This document shows positions 1 through 7,537 of a stretch of 64,000 nt of DNA, one piece after another (the stretch's first letter is position 1; every line of letters begins with the position of its first letter). The notes beneath the pieces were generated by a model. It was not told the DNA's origin. It saw nothing but the letters and a program-made list of their open reading frames with translations, and did not search any database. The DNA comes from Moheibacter sediminis (lineage in GTDB: Bacteria; Bacteroidota; Bacteroidia; Flavobacteriales; Weeksellaceae): NCBI RefSeq assembly GCF_900176425.1, contig NZ_FWXS01000009.1, positions 1 through 64,000 on the forward strand. Direction: 5' to 3'. Both the position numbers and the translations under genes were made by a program.

Positions 1-1011
1 TCATACACGAAAGACCCTGTCTCAAACGAGTTGAAAATAATGGAAGAGAACCATTATTACCCATTCGGATTGAAGCACTCCACATACGCCGACCCTAAAC
101 AAAAGTATGAGCTTGTAGACAATATGGAGAACACCGCAAGGCCTACTTATGTCCTGAAAACTGACTACCAGTATAAGTACAACGGGAAAGAACTTCAAGA
201 CGAGTTGGGGCTAAATTTATATGACTACGGTGCAAGGAATTACGATCCAGCATTAGGCAGATGGATGAATATGGATCCATTAGCTGAAGATTATATCTCA
301 CATACTCCTTATGCGTATGCATTAAATAACCCTGTTTACTATATAGACCCCGATGGGATGCGTGTTGAGTCAGGAGGTCCTGAAACAAAATATACCTTGC
401 AGTCGGTTAGCTATGATAAGAAAACAGGAAATTATACTATAACAGAAAATGTAACCGTCAATAGCTCAAGTTCAAAATTTAAATTTAATAGCTTTGGAGA
501 CTCTAAACTTACTACAACTCATTCAACTACTTCTATAGATTCAAAAACAGTAGTCAACTCAAAAGGAGAAATTGTAAGTTCCTCAAATACTATAAACCAA
601 ACTACTAGTGTAGTTGAAAAAACAGTAGGAGACAATCTAGATATGGGTACTTTGGTTTCAAGTGAATCAAAAACAAGTACAGATAATAGTTTTGCCGGAC
701 CAATGGCAGCAACCTTCGGAGACTTCTCCTCTGCTTATCCTAATTCTGCTAAAGTTGCGATTAAAAATGATCAAGATTATGAAGATGATTTAAGAGGTAG
801 AGAAATGCCGGGCTGCGGAGACTGCCCTTCAAGTGGATGGGGAAAACTCGGAGATGCATTAAATAGAAAGATTTCTGGCAAGGAAAACTCGTATGTTGAT
901 GTAACAACTATATCAAGACAGGGTAGACCATTAACAGATTTTCATTTTAATTACTCAGGTAAAACAATGTTTGATAAAAATTTAAAAAAAGCAACACAAA
1001 GAAAATTATAA
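1..1011 (+). CDS. Rhs/YD-repeat protein C-terminal end. It carries the conserved core-end motif YKYNGKELQDELGL...YDPALGRWMNMDPLAE followed by a variable C-terminal toxin tip. The frame is open to the window start, so this is either the 3' end of a full-length Rhs gene or the first orphan cassette.
   Basis: The ORF track protein carries the RHS-repeat-associated core-end signature (YxYxGKExxDExGL, GRWxxxDP). Its first 87 aa are nearly identical to the ORFs at 1379 and 3008. The sequence after DPDGM is unrelated to the other copies. The frame stays open to nt 1. Confidence 0.8.
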   Translation, partial: SYTKDPVSNELKIMEENHYYPFGLKHSTYADPKQKYELVDNMENTARPTYVLKTDYQYKYNGKELQDELGLNLYDYGARNYDPALGRWMNMDPLAEDYISHTPYAYALNNPVYYIDPDGMRVESGGPETKYTLQSVSYDKKTGNYTITENVTVNSSSSKFKFNSFGDSKLTTTHSTTSIDSKTVVNSKGEIVSSSNTINQTTSVVEKTVGDNLDMGTLVSSESKTSTDNSFAGPMAATFGDFSSAYPNSAKVAIKNDQDYEDDLRGREMPGCGDCPSSGWGKLGDALNRKISGKENSYVDVTTISRQGRPLTDFHFNYSGKTMFDKNLKKATQRKL

Positions 1012-1014
1012 TAT

Positions 1015-1221
1015 ATGGCTAGAGAACCTTTTGCAGCCCGGCTGACAACAATTTGGATTGGGGCAGCATTCTTTTGGATATTTAAAGGATTTAAAGGAAG
1101 ATATAAAGAACAACTTATAGAGCGATATAACACTAGAAACATTGTTGTAGGATATATTATAACATTACTGTTTTTGATTGCTGTAGTGTACTTTCTTTTC
1201 TTCGGTGAGATAAATGGATGA
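1015..1221 (+). CDS. Small 2-TM membrane protein, candidate immunity protein for the upstream Rhs toxin tip
   Basis: 68-aa ORF starting 4 nt after the toxin stop, with two hydrophobic helices (IWIGAAFFWIF; IITLLFLIAVVYFLFF). The toxin-then-immunity gene order is typical of polymorphic toxin loci. Confidence 0.35.
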   Translation: MAREPFAARLTTIWIGAAFFWIFKGFKGRYKEQLIERYNTRNIVVGYIITLLFLIAVVYFLFFGEING

Positions 1222-1230
1222 ATTCGGTAA

Positions 1231-1378
1231 CGTATCAAACATATTGATTTACTCCTTTCATGAAAACGGAAATCTGATTATCAATAATTTAAAGTTTATA
1301 AAAACGAGACGTTCATTAAAATAAAGCCACTTAGGGAACATCAGGTTATCATACACAAAAGACCCTGTCTCAAACGAG
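1231..1378 (+). repeat. Conserved leader of the orphan Rhs-CT cassette (copy b), about 80% identical to 2851-3007
   Basis: cgtatcaaacatattgatttactcctttcatgaaaacggaaatctgattatca...aaaacgagacgttcattaaaataaa recurs at 2851-3007, and partially at 4598-4654, 5385-5400 and 6519-6565. Confidence 0.8.
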
Positions 1379-2362
1379 TTGAAAATAATGGAAGAGAACC
1401 ATTATTACCCATTCGGATTGAAGCACTCCACATACGCCGACCCAAAACAAAAGTATGAGCTTGTAGACAATATGGAAAACACCGCAAGACCTACTTATGT
1501 CCTGAAAACTGACTACCAGTATAAATATAACGGTAAGGAACTGCAAGACGAGTTAGGATTGAATTGGTATGACTATCAAGCAAGAAACTACGATCCCGCT
1601 CTAGGTAGATGGATGAATATTGATCCACTTGCAGAAATGAGCAGAAAAACATCTCCGTATGTGTATGCCTTAAATAACCCTGTTTTCTTTATAGATCCTG
1701 ATGGGATGAAAGCTGAAAGCTTTGGAAAAGATGATGTAATTATCACAGGTACAGAATCACAAGCGGCTTTTAATGAATTACAATCCTCCGTCCAATCAGA
1801 ACTAATTTTAACAATGGACTCAAGTGGACAAGTATGTTACGAAAGAGTTAATGATACCGGACCACTTAGCAAAGATGCTCAGACCCTAACTAATGCTATT
1901 GACGATTCTTCAATTACTGTAAATGTTGCTGCCGAGAACACTAAAATGACATCTTCCAATAACTTATATATTGGAGGTGCTTTTATGGGAAATACAGTAA
2001 CAACCACAGGAACTCTTCCATTAACCGAAACAACAGTTTCTGCAAATCAAGAAGTAAATCCAACAGTTTTATCTACAATGGATAGTGAAAATGGAACTCC
2101 AGGGTCTTTGACTTTACACGAAGTTACGGAAGCATATGAGGGAGCTTTAATATCTCAAAAGTCAGGGATTTCTTCTCCAAGATCTGGACAATCTGGTTCG
2201 GTTTATCCAACAGCCCATTCAAATGCTGCCCCTCAAAAAGTTGGTTATAATGAAACATATTATGACAGAAATGGAAATGTAATAACTAATTATTCAGGTC
2301 AAGGAGCAGGAAGGATAGATTTCACAACACCAGCAGGAACTTTATTATTTTCATACCCCTAA
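1379..2362 (+). CDS. Orphan Rhs C-terminal cassette: conserved Rhs core-end (87 aa) plus a distinct toxin tip
   Basis: TTG start. The first about 290 nt are near-identical to 31-320 and 3008-3260. An in-frame stop lies 19 codons upstream (1322-1324), so this copy is not part of a long Rhs body. The C-terminal 230 aa are unique. Confidence 0.75.
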   Translation: MKIMEENHYYPFGLKHSTYADPKQKYELVDNMENTARPTYVLKTDYQYKYNGKELQDELGLNWYDYQARNYDPALGRWMNIDPLAEMSRKTSPYVYALNNPVFFIDPDGMKAESFGKDDVIITGTESQAAFNELQSSVQSELILTMDSSGQVCYERVNDTGPLSKDAQTLTNAIDDSSITVNVAAENTKMTSSNNLYIGGAFMGNTVTTTGTLPLTETTVSANQEVNPTVLSTMDSENGTPGSLTLHEVTEAYEGALISQKSGISSPRSGQSGSVYPTAHSNAAPQKVGYNETYYDRNGNVITNYSGQGAGRIDFTTPAGTLLFSYP

Positions 2363-2372
2363 AATTTTAATT

Positions 2373-2789
2373 ATGAATTATTTTGTTATTTTATTTATTA
2401 TGTTTTTTGGAAATAGCTGTAATAGTCAGCAGAAATCAATTAAAAGTCAAGAAGTTACGGATAGATATAATGTCTATCAAATAGACTCGATAGATAATTA
2501 TTTCATAATCTATGCTAAAAAGGAGAATGCAATTTTTAAAATAGTTTCTAAAAAAGAGGAATCAGAAAGATGTAATATGATTAGGATTAATAGTAGTTAT
2601 ATATTTGATTTGTATTCTCATTCTTCGGTACTTCCGACTATTAACGGCGAAACCGTAACTCCTGTAAGTGTTTATGATGTAGTATGTTATACTTTTGAAA
2701 ATGGAACAAAAATCTGTACAGATAGAAAGAATGGTATATACGATTTATATTATGCAAAAAATGTAAAGGGTTTATGTTTAGAGGAGTAA
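2373..2789 (+). CDS. Lipoprotein-type small protein, candidate immunity protein
   Basis: N-terminus MNYFVILFIMFFGNSCNSQ is a signal peptide with a Cys lipobox-like site. Lies immediately downstream of the toxin tip. Confidence 0.4.
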   Translation: MNYFVILFIMFFGNSCNSQQKSIKSQEVTDRYNVYQIDSIDNYFIIYAKKENAIFKIVSKKEESERCNMIRINSSYIFDLYSHSSVLPTINGETVTPVSVYDVVCYTFENGTKICTDRKNGIYDLYYAKNVKGLCLEE

Positions 2790-2850
2790 AAAAGTAATGT
2801 AATCAAACTAATAACCAACAACAAGCTGTAAGATCCGACTTTATGTGGAA

Positions 2851-3007
2851 CGTTCCAAACATGTTGATTTACCGCTTTAATGAAAACTGAAATCTGATTA
2901 TCAGGAATTTAATTTTTATAAAAACGAGACGTTCATTAAAATAAAACCATTTAGGGAATATCCGACTCAGTTACACAAAAGACCCTGTCTCAAACGAGTT
3001 AAAAATA
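2851..3007 (+). repeat. Conserved leader of the orphan Rhs-CT cassette (copy c)
   Basis: Direct repeat of 1231-1378. Confidence 0.8.
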
Positions 3008-3808
3008 ATGGAAGAGAACCCTTATTATCCATTCGGATTGAAGCACTCCACATACGCCGACCCCAAACAAAAGTATGAGCTTGTAGACAATATGGAGAAC
3101 ACCGCAAGACCTACTTATGTCCTTAAAACCGATTACCAATATAAGTATAATGGTAAAGAATATCAGGATGAGTTAGGGTTAAACCTTTACGATTACGGGG
3201 CAAGGAATTATGATCCAGCATTAGGCAGATGGATGAATATGGATCCACTTGCGGAAGTTTATTTTGAATCATCACCATATAATTATGTGGCAAATAATCC
3301 AACGAATTCATTCAATCCGAATGGAATGTGGATTGTCAATATTACTTCTTCTACTGATAAAAATGGAAATACAAATTATGCTCTTCAATTTGCAGCTGAA
3401 GAAGGTGATGACATTGAATCATTAAGTAATCAATTAGGAATATCCGTCGAAGATTTAGGAAAAGTATCTGAACTGAAGAAAGGAATATCCGAAGGTTCTA
3501 CTTTTGGATTGTCGGAAATTAGCGAAGTGTCAATGATTAATGATGGGTTAACAACTATTTTAGGAAATTCAGTACATGAATCTTTATCTAATTGTGCTAA
3601 CGCAGCAGGTTTTTGTACAAATACTTCTGTTCCTTACCAATATGGGAATTTTTCTACAGTTGATAATGTGGAACATTTGGCAAATACACTTAAAAATTCA
3701 TTTAGTTCGGTTTCTGAGAAGAATGCGAGAATAGGTACAATTATTCATTACAGATTTGCCTCTGAACCTAAAACAAAGAATATGATTACTCAACAATTAA
3801 TTCAATAA
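3008..3808 (+). CDS. Orphan Rhs C-terminal cassette with a third, unrelated toxin tip
   Basis: ATG start. Residues 1-85 match the other two copies (YDPALGRWMNMDPLAE); the C-terminal about 180 aa are unique. Confidence 0.75.
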   Translation: MEENPYYPFGLKHSTYADPKQKYELVDNMENTARPTYVLKTDYQYKYNGKEYQDELGLNLYDYGARNYDPALGRWMNMDPLAEVYFESSPYNYVANNPTNSFNPNGMWIVNITSSTDKNGNTNYALQFAAEEGDDIESLSNQLGISVEDLGKVSELKKGISEGSTFGLSEISEVSMINDGLTTILGNSVHESLSNCANAAGFCTNTSVPYQYGNFSTVDNVEHLANTLKNSFSSVSEKNARIGTIIHYRFASEPKTKNMITQQLIQ

Positions 3809-4090
3809 TTGAAAGCTGGAGGAATGTCAAATGCTGAAATTCAAATAGTTTTAGCTAAACCTGAAACACAAAATTATATAACAAATACAACGAAAGTTTT
3901 AATGAGTAATGAAAGACATTTCTCTGTTGTTGTTTTAAAGGATAAGTCTCGAGAAAAAGTCCAAAATATTGTTCAGAAAACGGGAATGGTTCCAATGCCA
4001 AGAGAAGTACTCCCTGTTAATGTTAATGATGCGGCAGGTTATGTTCCTACACCTGTGGAAGGAACAAATAATCCATATTATAATAAATAA
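3809..4090 (+). CDS. Hypothetical small protein, possible immunity or accessory protein
   Basis: ORF abuts the toxin stop codon; an internal ATG lies at 3824. No recognisable motifs. Confidence 0.25.
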   Translation: MKAGGMSNAEIQIVLAKPETQNYITNTTKVLMSNERHFSVVVLKDKSREKVQNIVQKTGMVPMPREVLPVNVNDAAGYVPTPVEGTNNPYYNK

Positions 4091-4102
4091 CCTCTTATAA
4101 AT

Positions 4103-4564
4103 ATGAAGCATTTAATCTCTATTTCATCCTTATTTTTGTTAGTATCTTGTTCAACTAATATGATTTTGAAAAATGAAACATATAAAATAAATAATGTTGA
4201 AGGTAAATCAACCGATATACCAAAACTTTTTTACTTGTTAGATAAAAATAAAATATCCTATGACTCATTATATTTTAAATATGATAAAGAGGGTTATAAT
4301 AACTGTTTTATTTATAGTGGAAAGAAATTAGTTTCAGAGTTTAAAATTAAAGAAATTATGAAAGGAGATTTCTTAGCTGAAAATTATTTTCCATTTGAAA
4401 AAATGGGGTTTAGCTTTAAAGATTCGACGCAATTCCAGTACCACTTACTAATTGAAAAGAAGGGAAAAAATATCCGTTTAATTTTTGATAATGTAGAAAA
4501 GTATGAATGGTGGTTTGTAAGTAATCAATTAGATGAAAAGATAATCATTACCTTAGAAAATTAA
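4103..4564 (+). CDS. Lipoprotein, candidate immunity protein
   Basis: MKHLISISSLFLLVSCSTN is a lipoprotein signal peptide (LVSC lipobox). Confidence 0.4.
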   Translation: MKHLISISSLFLLVSCSTNMILKNETYKINNVEGKSTDIPKLFYLLDKNKISYDSLYFKYDKEGYNNCFIYSGKKLVSEFKIKEIMKGDFLAENYFPFEKMGFSFKDSTQFQYHLLIEKKGKNIRLIFDNVEKYEWWFVSNQLDEKIIITLEN

Positions 4565-4597
4565 TGTTAAAGTATTTAAAATCATCTTACTCATAAA

Positions 4598-4654
4598 GAT
4601 GTTGATTTACCACTTTCCTGAAAACGGAAATCTGATTATCAATAATTTAAATTA
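4598..4654 (+). repeat. Truncated copy of the cassette leader, fused directly to the start codon of the 4655 gene
   Basis: gatgttgatttaccactttcctgaaaacggaaatctgattatcaataatttaaatta matches the 5' half of the leaders at 1231 and 2851. Confidence 0.7.
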
Positions 4655-5323
4655 ATGGATATTAAAAAAATTCTACTGGTAATATTTCTTTCTATACTGA
4701 ATTATGCAATAACATTTTCGTTAGGATATTTTTTCTCCTATTTATTATATGATAGATTATCAGAAACAGCTTTTATTTATATACTTTCCATTGTCTATTT
4801 TTTCAATTTGCTCATTGTTTTAGCTGAATGGTGGATTATAAAAAAATACTTCTTAAAAGAGCAAGAATTCACAAATAAAATAAACAGTAGAGCAATAGGG
4901 AATATTTTAATTGTTTTGATTCCTACTTTTTTATTTGCCGGATATAAGTTATTTACAGGTAATCTCCTCAGTTTTAATATCAATACTGATTTTGATAAAA
5001 TAATCAATCATATCATTGTTTATATATTGCTTATGCCAGTTATTGAACAAATTATTTATGGAGACATACTATTTAAAATACTTATAAAAACAAAAATTAA
5101 AATAGCCTTAGTGGCAACGATAATTTCTTTTTTATATATGCTCACAAGCATGGATCCTTATAAAATTGATTTAATGTACTTAGTATATACTTTTATTGTG
5201 GGAATGGGATTATTCTTTGTCAGATTAAAGAATGGATTATTTTTTAGTATTGTAGCACATTCTTTAATTAATTTGGTTATACTCTTTTTCTATTTAATAA
5301 ATGGTAATGTTTCGCATTTGTAG
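4655..5323 (+). CDS. Polytopic membrane protein, CPBP/Abi-like (divergent): possible bacteriocin or toxin immunity
   Basis: Six or more predicted TM helices. Has an HxxxN motif (AHSLINLV) and a degenerate EExxxR-like motif (PVIEQIIYG), both CPBP-like. The assignment is tentative. Confidence 0.35.
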   Translation: MDIKKILLVIFLSILNYAITFSLGYFFSYLLYDRLSETAFIYILSIVYFFNLLIVLAEWWIIKKYFLKEQEFTNKINSRAIGNILIVLIPTFLFAGYKLFTGNLLSFNINTDFDKIINHIIVYILLMPVIEQIIYGDILFKILIKTKIKIALVATIISFLYMLTSMDPYKIDLMYLVYTFIVGMGLFFVRLKNGLFFSIVAHSLINLVILFFYLINGNVSHL

Positions 5324-5350
5324 ACCTGGTAAATTAAAAAGAAAAGAAGA

Positions 5351-5716
5351 TTGATTTTAAGTGAATTAGAAAATATAAGTATTGAAAAACGAGACAACCA
5401 TTTGGTTGTTTCGTTGCTTTTGATTCTTCAGACTAATGGAAATGGATTTTTCTTTATCAGATGTTTAGATGTGTTGTTGATGAAGAAAAAACCACCTGAA
5501 CCTTTCCATAGTCACCCTAGTGGTCAAGTAAAAACGATTAATTCAAATGGAAGTTTTAATCTTAGTGGTACGATTGGCTTTACAACATCTGATGATGTCT
5601 CTTGGGCTGGAGACAAAGTAAAATATCAATTTGATATGGGTGGAAAAACAGTGAATGTCTATAATTCAACAGGTGTAATTGCAATAATTCCATTTGAGAA
5701 TTTTGGTAAAAAATAA
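5351..5716 (+). CDS. Hypothetical; possibly a degenerate toxin-tip fragment
   Basis: A short leader-like fragment (gaaaaacgagacaacc) lies inside its 5' end. No motifs. Confidence 0.2.
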   Translation: MILSELENISIEKRDNHLVVSLLLILQTNGNGFFFIRCLDVLLMKKKPPEPFHSHPSGQVKTINSNGSFNLSGTIGFTTSDDVSWAGDKVKYQFDMGGKTVNVYNSTGVIAIIPFENFGKK

Positions 5717-6179
5717 TAGTTATGATGAATCCTAAAAATAGTACTTTGTTATTTATTTTTTTTGTTATTTATTAGTCTAAAAGCTCAAGATGCTTCTAAT
5801 CATGATGACTTTATTTATATAACTTTGAAAGAAGAGATAAATAATTACCAAAAAAAATCAGAAGAAATTAATGTAGTCTTAATTGATGCGCCAATATTAT
5901 TGGATGGTAATAATAATTTTTATGAAAGAAAACAATATATAGAAAATGTAAAGATAAATTACACTAACCTTAAAAAATTAAATAAAGGAAAAAGTGCTCT
6001 TTTAGTTTATCCAATTAGGGTTGAGAATAATAATCTATATATTATTATTGAAACAATTATTGTAAATAAGAAGAGAATAGAGGTAACTAGAAAGAATACT
6101 TATTATTTCTATTATAATTGTGGAGAAAAAAAGTATAAGCTTGATAATAAAATTGATTTTCAATAGAATATAGAATAAT

Positions 6180-6473
6180 ATGAGTAGAACAATAGAAGTC
6201 TCAGATTTAGAAAAATTGTTTTCTCTCCTAATAAAAAAATTAAAGGAAGAGTCAGTCTCAACAATGGAAATAAATACAGATTTGTATAGGTTCATACCTG
6301 CTGATAAATGGGACTCATTTGAAGAAAACATTAGTGAAACGGGTTCTATATTTGATGATATTGACAACTTGAAACTTATCATTTCAGAAAAAAATACACC
6401 TCTTACTTATGTGGATTTTGATAGATTAGCAACAGTACTTCACACTATAAGCCAAATAAGAAATCCTATTTAA
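6180..6473 (+). CDS. Hypothetical protein
   Basis: ORF only. Confidence 0.2.
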   Translation: MSRTIEVSDLEKLFSLLIKKLKEESVSTMEINTDLYRFIPADKWDSFEENISETGSIFDDIDNLKLIISEKNTPLTYVDFDRLATVLHTISQIRNPI

Positions 6474-6518
6474 GAATACAGAATGAAAGAGAGTCTTCGG
6501 GTTGTTTTTATAGTTAAT

Positions 6519-6565
6519 CATGAAAACGGAAGGCAATGTTCCAAACATGTTGATATGAATATTTA
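6519..6565 (+). repeat. Rearranged remnant of the cassette leader
   Basis: catgaaaacggaa...gttccaaacatgttgat shares segments with the leaders at 1231 and 2851. Confidence 0.5.
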
Positions 6566-6729
6566 AAAGAAAGATAAAAATTGATTTTCAGTAGATTATA
6601 AAATATAGAATTAGAAAAAAGAAACAACCCTAAGATTGTTTCTTCTGATTTTATTTCTTTAAATCCTCTGAAAACGTTTTTTCCTTCATCTGGTGTTTCA
6701 AATGTGTTGATATTAGATCAACCCTCATT

Positions 6730-7022
6730 TTTATAACCTTAACGTCCCTTATTCAATTCGTAACGTCCGTTCTTGCTTCCCCAACATTCGTTTTCACATT
6801 CGCAACGTCCGTTATTGGTTCCGTAACCCCCGTTGTCATAACCTTAACGTCCCTTATTCAATTCGTAACGTCCGTTTTCGTAACTGTAATCTTCGTTTTT
6901 GCAACCGTAATTCCCGTTATCACGACTGTAACATCCGTTTTTGTTATGGCTACGTCCGTTATTTCATCCACAACATCCGTTGTCATAACCGTAACACTCG
7001 TTGCCGCTTCTGTACCCACGTT
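6730..7022. repeat. Tandem array of 14 x 21-bp degenerate direct repeats. Consensus nTnnnnnnCGTAACGTCCGTT; each unit contains the mini-palindrome AACGnnCGTT.
   Basis: Units were counted by hand (6730-6750, 6751-6771, ... 7003-7022). Units 2 and 7 are identical, and units 1 and 6 nearly so. The 3' 13 nt are conserved and the 5' 8 nt variable. Frame 1 is stop-free across the array (6649-7059) but has no ATG, GTG or TTG start. Confidence 0.9.
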
Positions 7023-7104
7023 ATTATTTTACTTTTTGGAAAGTTTACATTTACAGTAAAAGGTAAATTGAATTTTCAGAAATTAAATTCATTAATTTTA
7101 GCAA

Positions 7105-7458
7105 ATGAAAAAAATCTATTACCTGCAAACATGTGATACCTGCAGAAGAATCATGAAAGAACTGAATTTGTCAGGATTTGAAAAACAAGAAATCAAAACG
7201 GAATCAATTACAGTAAAACAGTTGGACGAAATGAAAGCAATTGCTGGAAGTTACGAAGCATTGTTTTCACGTAAAGCCAAAAAATACAAGGAAATGGGAC
7301 TGAAAGATGAGGTTTTGAATGAAAAAGATTACCAGCAATATATTTTGAGCGATTATACCTTTCTCAAAAGACCCGTTGTGGTAGATGGAAATGAGATTTT
7401 CATTGGTAATGAAAAGAAAAATTTAGAACGATTAGCGTTACATTTAAACCAAAAATGA
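7105..7458 (+). CDS. ArsC/Spx-family protein (glutaredoxin-fold arsenate-reductase-like)
   Basis: The N-terminal YYLQTCDTCRR motif is CxxC-like, as in Spx/ArsC-family proteins. Length 117 aa. Confidence 0.6.
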   Translation: MKKIYYLQTCDTCRRIMKELNLSGFEKQEIKTESITVKQLDEMKAIAGSYEALFSRKAKKYKEMGLKDEVLNEKDYQQYILSDYTFLKRPVVVDGNEIFIGNEKKNLERLALHLNQK

Positions 7459-7537
7459 AACTAATTGTGAATTGATAGAAAAGACAATAGAATATAGAAA
7501 ATAGATTCCTTGAATGAATAAAATTTAATTTAGAAAA

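Noticed and set aside
5722-6166. Possible secreted protein starting ATGATGAATCC at 5722 and continuing as ORF 5762..6166
   Set aside because: A frame break between the signal-peptide-like start and the 134-aa ORF; cannot distinguish a pseudogene from an intact gene without resequencing, so not called.
6730-7022. Considered a CRISPR array
   Set aside because: Units are 21 bp with only about 8 variable nt and no spacer-sized unique segments; no cas genes nearby.
6649-7059. Stop-free frame across the 21-bp repeats as a protein-coding gene
   Set aside because: No ATG/GTG/TTG start in frame (an upstream TGA at 6646); not called as a CDS, only noted as a possibility in the finding.
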